From the NCBI GenBank assembly GCA_000165425.1, contig CT868318.1, forward strand, positions 523,067 to 587,066: DNA of 64,000 bases, given 5' to 3'. The notes below the pieces were generated by a model. That model saw nothing but the letters and a program-made list of their open reading frames with translations, did not search any database and was not told the DNA's origin. Source of the stretch: Paramecium tetraurelia. Taxonomy: Eukaryota. Positions 26,024-40,737 of this stretch are shown here, piece by piece; position 1 is the first letter of the stretch; each line of letters starts with the position of its first letter. The position numbers were made by a program, and so were the translations under genes.

Positions 26024-27765
26024 TCACTCTAAGCTTAAATGCAAATGAGGATCTGATATTCCAGCCTCTATGTTTCTTTGCATTTGATCCCTGAACTTCC
26101 TTAGAGCCTCCCTTACATCTGGAATCTTCTTCTAGACAATTTAAATTAATAATGGAGACAACAATAATAGAGCTTGATCATCTAAATCCCCGTACCAACT
26201 TTAGATTTGTATTCCATTGTCAGGTTGCAATTAAAAATTTTCAGCTAAATTATCTATGATTATGGTTTTCTTAATATCTCTTCCAATCTTTTAAATATCC
26301 TTTACATATGTGTTTTTGACCAGAGTGGTATGTTATCTGTATAGTCTATGGGTGATGGATTTATCTTCATCAATAAGATCTAAAATGAAATCTGCGTAAT
26401 CTTGTTGTGCAGCAGTAAAAATAACAATTTCATAAAATTTAGACATATCCTTCAGAAATTGCTGTGCAAAAGGTCTAACTAAGAACTGGCCCTCATCTAC
26501 TAACTATATAAAAAATCAATGATTACTTCTTAGTAATGAACCAAAGTCTCATCTAAATCTATGACTAAAGTGTATCTATTCGTCTTAGATAAATAAGGTA
26601 TCTAATAACAATCTATCACTTCTTCATAGTCAAATTAGAAATCTTATGAATCCATTGTCAATCTTAACTATTCAATGTGAGATAACTACACAATAATGTA
26701 AGAAATGATACAATTTTTTGATATTCCTGTTTAATGAATTCAGTTCCCTAATGTAAAGTGATTCTATCTAGGTTTGCTAAGGTTTTTTCCAAAGAACTTA
26801 GTTTATCATCTGTTGAATTCTCAACACTAAGAAATATTGATAAATAAATACAATAATACTAGGAGTGAATAAACGACATTGCAATTTTTACGGATCAAAT
26901 TGATATCTAAAAATTGATAGTTTTTTTATGGTCTGACTTTATTTAATCTGGCTTGTATCAATGCTCTTTGAGATTGTGAGAGAGTATTAGATTGATTGAT
27001 TAATTGAAGATGTAAAATCATACTATTGTGAATATAGAATAACAGGTTTTTTAAATTCTATTGATCTTCTTCAAAAGTGTCAGATAATGCTTTGTATAGA
27101 ATAACTAAGATGCCTATTCTCTCTAGATGTATTTACTTAGAGAGTATTTGTTAAGTAATTTTATCTTTTTCTTCCAATATGAAGTGAGATATTCGATTAA
27201 GATAATTTTTACATTAATTGATGACTTTCTTTTTTCTACTAATAACTGCCATGATGGTAAACACAATTTCTTCTAAATTGATGAGATTTTAAATTTATTC
27301 ATCTGAATCATTTATAGTAGAACTTGTTGATTCATTTTTATGAGACTTTGATTCTTCAGTCTTATATTTTTAAGTATCTTTATTTTTGCAATTTTGTTAT
27401 TATTTTTATTAATCTAGTCTTTGATTTATTTATTAGTAGATTTTTTTAATCTCAAAAGGCATTTAGTAAAGAATTTGAGGCGAAATAGATCGTTATGATT
27501 TATTTATAGATGTGTTGTCTAGTTATGATTTTGGACTGGAGGTTCTTTTAAATAATTGTTCTTGAGAATTTTATCTTTTGTAAAACAACTCTTGTAAAAT
27601 TGCATGTGCTTTTGGAATAGATTTTTTTTTATCATTAAATGACTTATTTATTGGGGACTTATCTGCTGATTACTCGTAATTATTTCTTGATGATCGAATA
27701 TCAATAGGAGGCTTATTAGTTTTGAGTTAATTGGAAGTTTTCAGTTGCTATTGATTGCTCTGCAT
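26024..27765 (-). CDS. SCP/FCP1-family (NIF) HAD phosphatase
   Basis: YTLVIDLDETLVH, LVRPFAQQFL, FTAAQQDYAD, RLYRQH, VKDIQKIGRD, IIIDNLAENF. Confidence 0.92.
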
Positions 27766-27817
27766 TAAAATTATTTTATTAAATATAGAAATTTTTAATT
27801 AAAATATTATAACATCA

Positions 27818-30800
27818 TCAATCATCTTTTAATTTTTCACATTAAGAACCATCATTTTCGACATTTTTCATCATTTGTTCCAATAAGTATTCTTGTCTTT
27901 TCAAGACTTTGGTCACCCATCCTGGCTCATCAGGAATCACAGTTTCAATTATAAACTTAAGCCCAATTACGATGTGTTCTGCAGCAATAAGAAGTAAGAA
28001 ATTTCGAAGAGCTTGCTATCATATTAATGCTATTATTACTGATGATTCATCTGTTTCATCTACTTTGCCAATCAAATTATTCAATTGATCTTAATTTGCA
28101 TAGTAAATTGTCAAACAATTGATTATTGTACCTATGTATCCGACAATGAGTAATACGCTATTCCATAATCCAATTGATTTCTTAGCTTCAGCTCTGGGTC
28201 TCTTTACAAAAGTAATGAAACCATAAAGGAGACCATCTAAATTGATAATATTAAATAACAAAATAGCTATGGGTATTAATTGCGAACTGGCACTAAACAT
28301 AGTAACCATGCAAAATTGGAGAATCTAAAATATTCAACAATGCCTTACAAAATAAGTAAATTGATCAACATGATTGGGAGTAGGAATCATAATCTTATTC
28401 TATTCAACTGATCTAAGGAACTTTTTATAGCCCATGCTTTTTCTGTCAAAGCTTTTGTTGGTCTGATTTTGAGTTTCATTATCTAAAATACTGGCCATCT
28501 ATGAAGTGTACATTTTTCTCCATTTCCCTTCCAGAAACAATTCGAATTCTTTATTCAAGAAGTACTTCTTAATTGAGTAATGAATCAAAGGGACAATCGT
28601 AAATCTAAGATAGTGCATGACAGCCCATACAATAGTAAATGTAATAGACATGATATTTAATTCATCTGCGTCTGGATCAATGACAGACTTGTAGAATAAA
28701 CGACCGAAGGAATTCAAAAAAGCAAAAGAGAACACCTTTATTATGTAGACATCTTCCAATTCATTTTGATACTAATGATTTTCATATTCAAGTGACAATC
28801 TTGCAAAATAATTAAATATTTCGTTAGTAATTTTTATTGATATACCCAAACCAATAGAACAAAGTATAGTAAATTCAGTAGTGCGTTCTTTCAATTGAAT
28901 AATATAATAGTAACCAATCTACTCCCCTGCAATCAATATTACAGCCAAAAGCACCAAAGGCGTGACTGATTTATAGTATTTCCATCTGTCTCTAGTAGAA
29001 TATTTAATTTCAATCTTGTGAGTGACATCTTCAATCCAAAATTGTCCTTTGAATGATGGAATTGTCTATTTTTCTTCAGTCTCAACATGCATATCAAATT
29101 GAAACATCATTTCACTTTGTTTTCTCTTCCAAAATTCAAAGAAGATAGTTGCCCAAACAGCTAATGCTATAGTGTAGATTGGAACAAATAAAGAATTAAT
29201 TTCATTTGTTGCATAGACATAAACCCCAAGCATTATGCCTGGTACAGCTGGAAGGAATAGCCAAGTGGTGAAAAAACTTAAAAAAACAAAAAAGAATCCC
29301 ACTTCTGCTCCAAAATATGCTTTAATAGCACTTGGTGTTCTACATTAATTTGATTTCAATGATAATGGTTCTTTGAGTAGTTCCCATTTCTCTCTTTTCC
29401 ATTAATTATAGATCAGTACCTTCTCCTCATCATCATGCAATGGGAAGTGATCTAATAACAATTTATCATGAAGGAACTAATCTAAATCAAATTCGTCATA
29501 CAATAAGGACAAAATAATCTATTGATCATGATAATGATGAAAATTTTCATATGTCTCTGCTTTATTTCTGTCGAATTGACAAATTATCCCTTCCTTAAAA
29601 TTATAGATCATCATCTTCTCATAATCAGCAACTAGATTTTTCAATTCATTTGAGACCTTAATAATATAATAGAAACAAGATTCATCATAAGATCTTATAG
29701 GCACTGCCTTAAATTTACCTACCTTCACTTTAGTCTTAATATTGTCCAATTGCTATTTTACTAAATTTTCACTTGCATTAGTTCCGACCAGTACATATTT
29801 GTAACCACTTTTAATTAAGTTCTTCTCTGTTTTCAATAATGTTTATCTTAATTCCTTAATGGCTACTGATCTTGAAGATGCAAAGGCTGTTTAATTTCTA
29901 AAATTATATAAGTGATGATCTGCACCTATTTTAATTAAGTACCTCACAATCTTTTCATGTCCCTAAAATCAAATCAATATTATGTTTAATACTTATTCAA
30001 CTGCAATATGTAGGGCTGATTACGGCTTTTCTATTGTCATTATGTTGACCAATTTCTTAACATTAAACTTTTTAATTTAATTCTCAGATTCAAAAAAGAG
30101 TTCTACCAATTTATCATGTCCATGGTAGGCAGCTGCATGAACTGCATTTCTTCCTTTATATGAAGGAGCAAATGGAGAGAATTATTATTTTAATAATGGT
30201 TTCACCAACTCCAAATCGCCTAAAACACTTGCCCAAAACAAGTAATTCAGACCAACCATTTCATACTTGCGTCTGTCTACTGTATCCTTATGTATCTCTT
30301 CCTAATTGAGTTCAAATTCGCTTTCCTCCATATTTTCATCTAAACTTTTTAACTACTGAATATGTTGCTCACTCTTGAAGTAATGAGCCAAGAATTTAAC
30401 TATTAAGTATTTGACCACCTTTTTCTGAGTCTCTTGATCTTTCCCTTTCATTAATGCTACGTCAATTGGAAACTATTTTCTATCGTTCTTCTTCAGCACT
30501 ATCTTAGAATTATTCTTACTTAGATTAGGATTTTTCCATAATAACAACTGGGTTAACTTAAAATCACCGTAAAAGCAAGACCAATGCAATGGATTATTTA
30601 TATAGTCTTTTAAATATTCGCCTAGCGTGGCTCCCCTTTATAAAAGTAATTTAGCTATTTTGTATTTCGTTTCTGCTATCAATTACTTATCCCTGGGTTT
30701 AATAGTAGATTCATCAATGTCCTAATTGTATCCTCTTACACAAACCAACATAAGAGCTGAATTCCCTATTCAAGAGTTTAGAAAATAAGATTATACCTTA

Positions 30801-31108
30801 GTTATCCTTCGAATTCAGATCAAGGCAATGAAGATCGAGAAAATACTCTACAACATCGTAATGTCCTCTATAAGCAGCCTTTATAAAGTATTTATTTACA
30901 TAATGTAAGGCATTTCTTCCATAATAATCAGATTTCTTACATGCATCTTAAAGGTGTTTAGAAGTTAATGAATCCTGCTGTTTTGAAGTTAAAGAGAGCA
31001 ATTGTTTTTTAATAAAATCCAATTTTCCATCTTATGCTGCCTTTGATAATATTAATCATTGTTTATTACCTCAAGAAGGTTAATTTCTTCATGAACAAAA
31101 AAATGCAT
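27818..31108 (-). CDS. Anoctamin/TMEM16-family protein with N-terminal ankyrin repeats
   Basis: Ankyrin motifs NPLHWSCFYGD, NAVHAAAYHGH, SALHIAVE; anoctamin motifs HFPLHD, IKAYFGAEVGFFF, FFEFWKRKQ, YENH, KRP..SIGLW, EHIV, IPDEP. Confidence 0.88.
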
Positions 31109-32112
31109 TTAATTTAATAATATAATCAATAACTAAGCATCTCTTATCCCCAGAATCTCATAACACAAATTTCCTTCCTCCCTTCCCTTATGTTCCAACA
31201 ACTATTCTTAAATTCTCAATTATAAATTGAAAGGTTCGACATTCTAAATTTATTCTTTAACTCCTATTATTTAGAATATTTTCAATCTTAAAATTGTAAA
31301 TCGTTTCAAGACTTGACCGTAGATAACTAATTAAAATCAAAAAAGTAATTATGAAGTTTATAGGAATAATTAACTTAAAGCCATTAAAATGTTAACAGAG
31401 AAAAAGCTTTGCTCTCATTAATGCATTTTCTAAAATATCAAAACAATATATTCTGTCCTTATAAAATTATAGAAATTTACATAACAGTTTATTGTTATTT
31501 GTTTCACTTCTAATACTTAAGTTAAACAATGTCAGATAGATAATTAAATTAAATCCTTATTCAAATATCTATTTTCTTATATATTATTGATTTCATCCTG
31601 AGGCTCATGTTTTAAATAAGATATTATTATAAATATTATTATTTATTAAAGTTTAATCAATTATTTTAAATTTAGATTGTCGCACTTATTTACTCTTTTA
31701 GATACATATGTGAATCTTCATATTTTAAATTGCAATATTACTTTGCTACCTACTAAAAATTGTATTAAATTTATGATTATTTAATATTTTATTCCATCAA
31801 AGACCTAAAATATAAATCATTTATTGGCAAAATCTAAGACATTTCCTTTAAGCTTTATTCTCTAGTTTCTATCGCATTAAATACTTTTATGAATAGGATT
31901 TCATATTTTTGCAAAAACTCAATAATATTTTTAATCCCATTTAACCTTATTTCAACATTGATAGACCTTAGAAATAAAGAAGAATCTCTGAGTTCTATCA
32001 ATTATGATTTCTTTTTAATAGACTCCTAAAATTAGGATAAATTACTTACTAATGCTTTAATTTCTCTTGAGATTTAAAGCATATTAAATATTATATATTA
32101 AAAGTTCCGTTA

Positions 32113-34152
32113 ATGGAATAAAATATTTCAATCAAATGTCCAATTCATAGAAGAGAATTAATAGTAACAGGATGTATTAATCCAAATTGCAATCGTTCAC
32201 CTTTGATTTGTCAAATGTGTCCAGACGCTCACTCTGAGCATTATTCAAATATAGTTCAAATTTCAGAATGGCTTTAGAAAGTAGCCAAGACTATTTAAGA
32301 AGGCTCGAAAACCTTAAAATAGATAAAAGATATCAATTAAATTGATTCTGTTTTAAAGTGGTGTGAAGATAACGAGATGCATCTCAAAAAGGTTGATGAA
32401 CATTGTAAAGCTTAGAAGGCTTTAATTAATGAAGATTTCAATTATCTGAAAGATCTTTTTGTAGAAAAATGCAATTAAGCATAAGCATAATTAGAATAAG
32501 ATATAGAAGACTTTTATACAAAATATAAAGAATAATTTAAAATCTGTAAACTGATTATGGATGACTCATATATTTTATAGAAATAATGTAATCCTTATAG
32601 TAATGTGCACAACTTAATTTATAAATTACAGTAATCAAATTCAAAAGAAGCTTAAGAATTGATTAATTCAATTAGAAAATTAATTAACAAGCCATATGAT
32701 CCAATAGAAAATATCAAGTAATGTGCAGAATCAATAACTGAAATGACATATAACCTTCCTGTGTTTGCATTTTAAGATGGTGTAGATAGCTTCGTAAATT
32801 AATTGGCTGATTAAATACACAACCATTTTAAAACAAAACTAAACATTACCTTGCCCAGAAAGATAGTGTCACCCATAAAATATTAACCCAAAAATCTTCA
32901 TAAATAGTATTCTTTGCCAACTGAAAATATGACACACAATTACAACAGCAATTAAAATGTATCGAAATCACCCCGTATAAATCAAAAACTCACGTTTTCT
33001 CCTTAAAATAGCATAGCTATGCATTCAAAAACTATAGTAGGGCAATGTAGTGATTTTACATTAAAGCCTTTAAAAAAATATTAATTAGACTTTAATGTAT
33101 CAGCAATTGAAGTTATTACTCCATAGATATTTGCAATGACATGTAGTAATGACCCTCATTTGAGAGTGTTTGATACAATTTAAAAGCGAATTCATACATT
33201 GTCTACTCATATAACTCCAATCATATAATTACACAAATCAATTGATTAGGTTGTTCCATTACAGTAACATAATAACTCTAAACCATCAACTTATTTGTTT
33301 ACATTATCAAATGAATAGTTAGTTGTCTGGGCTTTTGATTTTACTAATTCATCAATGATTGTCCCATACATCTATCATAAATATCTATTCAACAACTAAA
33401 TAACATAAACTTGCTATTTATAGGATAACTCTTGTCTTGTACTTGGAGATTAAGTTGGAACTGTGGAGGTGTATAACTTTTAGTCATCTAAATTATAATA
33501 GAATGGCATCAAGGGAAAACATTAGAAACAGATATCATCTATTTTATTATTAAAAAAACATGATAAGTTTATTTGTAGTTCTTATGATTAAACATTATCA
33601 ATTTGGAAAATGTTATACAATCAGTAGTCTTTTGAAAATACTTATTGTGAATCAATCATTTAATGTGGGAACATGCTTGGATAAATTTAAATAATTAATT
33701 AGTTTTAATCAAATCCAAATTTATTGTTAGTTGGAAATCTAGAGGGTATTATTGTATAATAATTAAAGGGTCATTAAAGATTGTCAATTTGATGAATTAA
33801 TGTGTCATTTTAGAATCGGACATTCAAAAAAATACTAATTCGATCTGTGATTTTATTATAGCTGAAGATGCCAATAAAGGTATTTGAATAATAATATCAA
33901 ATAGAAACAATATCAGTGATAACATATTTATAGTCTAGTAAATCTCTAAGATTTTGGAGATTGTAGAACAACGATATGGGTTGGGCTTAAAATGAATAAA
34001 AGATTGAAGTTGCTTTATCATTATCTGAGAATATGATCAGATCAAAACTTCAATTAGTTTAAATGCCTTCCAGTACTTAAAACACTGTAGTTTTAATAGC
34101 TAATGAAATCAACAAAGAGTTGTTAGTTTATGAAATTATTAATAAATAGTGA
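32113..34152 (+). CDS. B-box-like zinc finger / coiled-coil / WD40-like protein
   Basis: CPIH..GCINPNC..LICQMC..H..H N-terminus, helical middle, FICSSYDQTLSIW-type repeats. Confidence 0.7.
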
Positions 34153-34176
34153 TTATTTAAATATCAATTATATGAA

Positions 34177-35798
<1,622 letters not shown>

Positions 35799-36338
35799 TA
35801 AATAAAATAATTATTTTAATTAATCAAAGAATCAGGATTATTCAAAAGGATGATGATTTATGACAAAATATCATAATTTTATTTTTCATTTTATTAAATG
35901 TATTATCAAAAATTGAAAGAGTTAATTAAAATTATTATTATATTTTTTTAATTAATGCTTTATGGCAATTGACATAAGAAAAGTATGTAATAATCTTGAT
36001 GCTTTAAAGGAATCTTAGTTTTTTAAATAATAATTTAATTATTAAAAAATTATTGTTGAACTCTAATCTTCGTGATTATGTTCAAATAAATAATGTATTA
36101 AAGTGAATATTATAGGGATTTCGTATTCTTTAAGATCTGAAAACAGCAATTTGATTATTCTCAATGAAAAGATATGTGAATATTTTATTAATCAACAGTA
36201 TTCACATTATATAAAATACATTGAGATGTATTCAAATAGTCTTTAGATTATTCTTGTTCTGAGTATTAAATAAAAGATATAAGTATTTTAGATACAAATC
36301 AAATGATTGTTTAATTAATAAATATTATTTATTTTGGA

Positions 36339-36967
36339 ATGTGGTATAAAAACTTTTCAAAACAAAGTTGGAATCTTCGTGTTTGGAGGTACATTTAAGT
36401 TCTTATCATAATTAGAAAGGCTAACATATTGTTCAATTAGGATGATATTGGTATGTTCAAAACAAAAGGAGTTTTGAGATGGAAGGACACTGTATTTAGA
36501 ATGGCAAGAAGTGAAGCTTGTGTAATTAAACTTATTATATAACATTTAGCTTAGAGGATTCAACTTTTTTTTCTTTGCTGGTATGATTGGATCATTCATT
36601 TGGGTTAAATCAAACTATTATGATCCAAAATATGTTGCACCCAAAAAGGTGGAAAGCGAAAAGGAATTGGAAAGATTAGATGCTGAAGCTGATAAAATAT
36701 TGTTCAAAAATAGATTAGAGGCCTATTCAAGACCACATAGAAGTTTGGAAGATCTGATTGCATTCTTATCAGGGTATGAGGGTTGAATTAAGCTAATAAT
36801 AGTTCAAAGACCTTTGATTAGTTTGACTGATTTCATCAGTTATGAAGAGAGCAATGAATAACAGTATGGATCAATAAAATGGTTTGGATTCTTGGATGGA
36901 TGACTAAGATTAAAGAATGCTTAAATATTACCAAAGAAGTATTGGACGTACCCCAAAATTTGATTGA
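36339..36967 (+). CDS. Ciliate mitochondrial ATP synthase Fo subunit (Tetrahymena subunit k-like), with apparent frameshifts
   Basis: MWYKNFSKQSWNLRVWRKAN...ADKILFKNR...RSLEDLIAFLSG...DQQNGLDSWM...KYYQRS resembles the Tetrahymena subunit as recalled (unverified); extra bases at ~36822 and ~36849. Confidence 0.65.
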
Positions 36968-37126
36968 TTTTGCAATACGATCACATAAGCATATATAAAA
37001 TATCTATAGATTGATAATTATAAAATGGAATTAATTTTCTTATGAGGTAATGATTGAGAATCAGAGTTATTAATATTGAAAATCTCGATAATTTTTAACA
37101 TTTTTATTATTTAAAATTCAAATAAG

Positions 37127-37567
37127 ATGGACCTTTTTGATTAGTTTTAGAGATTCAAGACTACCTTGAAGACTCAAATTGAGCATCGACCTCATTCTCA
37201 ACAAAGGAACACTGTGCTAAAAACCAAATTTAATTAATCAACACTTTAGACATAATAATAATAATAAGTATAAGATGTGCAAAGGAAAAAAACATTGTAA
37301 CATCATAGAAGTTCTACTCTATTTAGTGCTGCTAAAGAGAATTAGGATAAAGTGTAAAAGCAACAGTAACAATAACAAAGATTTACAATGGTGCACAAAT
37401 AGTTGCCTGAAGTATTACCGATGTAATAGATATAACAGATGTCCGATATTTTAATTGATTGTAGTGAGGGTTAAATAAACTCGTTATCAACCTAATATGT
37501 CGAAGAGTTAGTTAAATTATCAAGCATTATTATGTATAAAGTGAAAAATTCAAAATTCTACTCATGA
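37127..37567 (+). CDS. Hypothetical Gln-rich protein (146 aa)
   Basis: Intronless code-6 ORF MDLFDQFQRFK...NSKFYS*. Confidence 0.65.
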
Positions 37568-38577
37568 TAATTACACTCTCTTTTATTATTATATTTAAAA
37601 TTCACTTAATCTTTGAGCCTCATGCAGATTAATTTCATAATTCATACACCCTTCGCATTTGCAATCCACTCCACATTTTTTGCCTGCATTATAACATTCG
37701 CAGTATTTTTTTAAGCATTTACTTTTTTTGCAAAAGCATTTAACTTCATCATTCAGATTTCTGTTTATTTGACTTCTTGTCTATTCAATTAATTCTTTAT
37801 TCTATTCATTATTACAGCAATCCAAACATTCACAAGTCTCTCCACAAAATTTACCTTATTGGAAACATTAGCAATAAAATTTCAGACATTATGTCTTCTT
37901 ACAAATACACCCTTATTTAGACAGTGGTATTAACGACAATCGATCAGGGATGATTTCACATTATTTCTCCAAAGTCAATTTGTTAATCAAATCTTCAATT
38001 GCATTTTGATTATTTGATTCATCTTGCCATTCAAACACAATTTCTAATTCATTTTCTTTTGATTTTCTATTTGATATATTGGATGGTCTGAAAGAGGAGT
38101 TTCTTTGTTCAAGACTTTGCTTTTCACTCTTCTCACTTTTTTCGCTCTTCTCACTTTTTTCCAAACTGAATTTTTATTATTATTCAAATGTTTAACTAAA
38201 TGTTAAACTATTTTTAGGTTATTAATCATTGATGTTATATCCAGAAAATCGATTAAATAAATTAAAATTAGATCCTCTTGATTAAAACGATTAGATAGAT
38301 TACTTTTATAACATTTGGTCTTCCACACTCATCAATGATCTAGATTAAAATCTAATAAATACTTTTTTTCAACAAACTCTTCATCCTATTGCTTTTATTA
38401 ACTTTCTCTATCCATTAAGTATTACATCCTTGGTGCTTATGAATTCCTTTAAAATGATTATCTCCCAAAACCACTTTCAGCCAAATTCCATTCGTTAAAG
38501 TTATCATCTAGTTCGTTCCCTCCTCTGACAAAGCATATATTATTTTATTTCTTATCACTTCCTCTCTCCTATGTCAT
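37562..38577 (-). CDS. Tesmin/TSO1/LIN54-like CXC (CRC) domain protein
   Basis: [31 protein letters not shown] and [31 protein letters not shown]. Confidence 0.9.
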
Positions 38578-38742
38578 TATAATATATTATAATGAAAAAT
38601 AAAAATATTATACAAAATATAGAATCTAATTATAATTACCTCTTATCTCATCGAAATCAATATATTTTATAAACCTTCCAAATTTAATTTAGAATATTAT
38701 TACCATCAAATGTATAGATTATATAAATAATTAAAATTTTTA

Positions 38743-39787
38743 ATGAATACTAGAGCTTAAAAGAAACAGAGTTTACCTTCACAAATTCCTACAGGTATGA
38801 AACATAAGATAGTTTAATGGATATAATAAGCTATTTTATCTATATTTTAAATTATTTATTTATTATTTAGAATCAAAAACTAAGTAAGAAGAGCTAATTG
38901 GGGAACCAGTCATTTCAAAAGTAAATATTGATAATGATGAATCTAATAACAAGATTACAAGTCTGAATTTTAGATTCAACCCAGGCATTAAAAAACTATA
39001 AATAACTAAAACATATCCTAATGAGAAAAGTGGTAATTGCATTATAAATGTCAGGTTTTAAGGCTCAAAAAGCTAGGAATAAGCCTATTGTTTTGAATTT
39101 ATTAAATTGTATTAAATAAGGTTATGATGGTAAACTCTATGATGTCATGGATGTAAATACTTATATTTAATTGGTGAGTGACAAATAATAATCTCAAAAC
39201 ATTCCTAAATCTTTAAAGTGTAAATGTAACAAATCTATGTGTTTAAAACAATATTGTGATTGCTTTGCAAATGGTAATATGTGTACTACTCAATGTTAAT
39301 GCCAGGGGTGTCATAATACTGAAGATTATAAAGAGGAAAGAGGTGAAGCCATAAATAAATTGAAATTGCAAAATTAATCAATTGAGGTATTTAATTAATA
39401 ATATTGATAAGAAAGAAGTACCTGTTGGAATTAGTTGCAAATGCAAAAAATCGAAATGCTTAAAACGTTATTGCGATTGTTTTCAGAACAATTAGAAATG
39501 CCATGAAAGTTGCCAATGTTCTAATTGCTCAAATTAACAGGAAAAAGTAGAGTAGGGAGATCAACGATTAATGATGAATTCTATTTCATAATTTGATGAA
39601 AACAGCAAATTGCCAAAGTCACCAATAGTGTATAACAGACAAGGGTTTTTCAGAAGAAATGATAGTATGAACTATTCGAATTCTTTTGGATACTCCAGAA
39701 GTATATAAAATAATTAATTAATTAGGAATGCTCGTACAACATGATGGACCATACTTTTTAAAGTAAGACTCGTAAGGTTTTAATTGA
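38743..39787 (+). CDS. Tesmin/TSO1/LIN54-like CXC (CRC) domain protein
   Basis: [31 protein letters not shown] and [31 protein letters not shown]; both ends depend on predicted introns. Confidence 0.88.
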
Positions 39788-39830
39788 ATAACATAATAAC
39801 TGTAATTATAATTCAATTTTGTAAATTGTA

Positions 39831-40066
39831 TCACGGAAGACTCTTTCTAATGTTCTCGAGGGTTTATGTAATATGATTGACAGAGGTAGTGAGCTATAGG
39901 ATTATTGAGTTAATAATACTTGCTCAGCAGTGCTTTTGATGCCGTTTATCTGAGCCTCCAATTAATTGAGTTTTTCTGGGACTGCTTTGAGAGTGACGGC
40001 ATTTCTTTAAATAGCAGCAAAATCATCTTCAATTTATTGCATTTGAGGTACTTAACATTGACCCAT
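39831..40066 (-). CDS. Small MGQC-start (acylated) coiled-coil protein, ~69 aa
   Basis: MGQCQVPQMQ...; a 26-nt intron gives LTTSVNHITQTLENIRKSLP*. Confidence 0.6.
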
Positions 40067-40116
40067 TGTATAAAAATAAAATTTAATTATTAATAAATAA
40101 ATTAATTAATTTAAGG

Positions 40117-40671
40117 ATGTCAATGAGTGATTAGAGTAAGACAGAAAATCGGATATTTGTAACAGGATATTCAACAAAAGATAAAAATGAGGAAGATATC
40201 AAAACTCTTTTTTCCAAATATGGAGAGATTAGTGAATTTTCTTGGAAGGGTCGTTTTTGTTTCATTGTATTTTAGCATATATTATATTAGGCTTATTCAA
40301 AAGCTGAAGAAGCTACAGAGGCAGTGAATGAAATGAATCAAAAAGACTAAGATGGGAACACTTTCGTTGTTGAGATAGCCAGAGCCAAGAAAAAGGACGG
40401 TGAATGCTATCAATGCGGCAGAATAGGACATTTGTAATTAATATGATGATATGAATTAGTGCTCGTAATTGTAGATAAAAAAGAAGATCATCAAGCTCAA
40501 GTTCAAGGTATTTATTTAATACTAATTAGACGTCACAAAAGAAAGAGTAAGAAATATAAAAAGAGAAGTCCCTCCAGCTCTTCAAGTTCATCATCTTCTT
40601 CATCTTCAAGAGACAGGAAGAAGAAATAAAAAACTAAAAAAAGAAAATAATCCTCATCTTCAAGTGATTGA
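40117..40671 (+). CDS. SR-family splicing factor (RRM + CCHC knuckle + RS/S tail; SRSF7/RSZ-like)
   Basis: RIFVTGY..LFSKYGEI..KGRFCFI, CYQCGRIGH..RNC, Ser/Arg/Lys-rich tail; 3 introns. Confidence 0.85.
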
Positions 40672-40737
40672 TTTAAAAGAATTTGGATATATATCAATGA
40701 TTAAAAATTATCGTGTTTTTGTTGTGAATAAATCTAA

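Noticed and set aside
38120..38165. EKS x4 repeat in the CXC gene
   Set aside because: Simple 9-bp slippage repeat in a low-complexity linker
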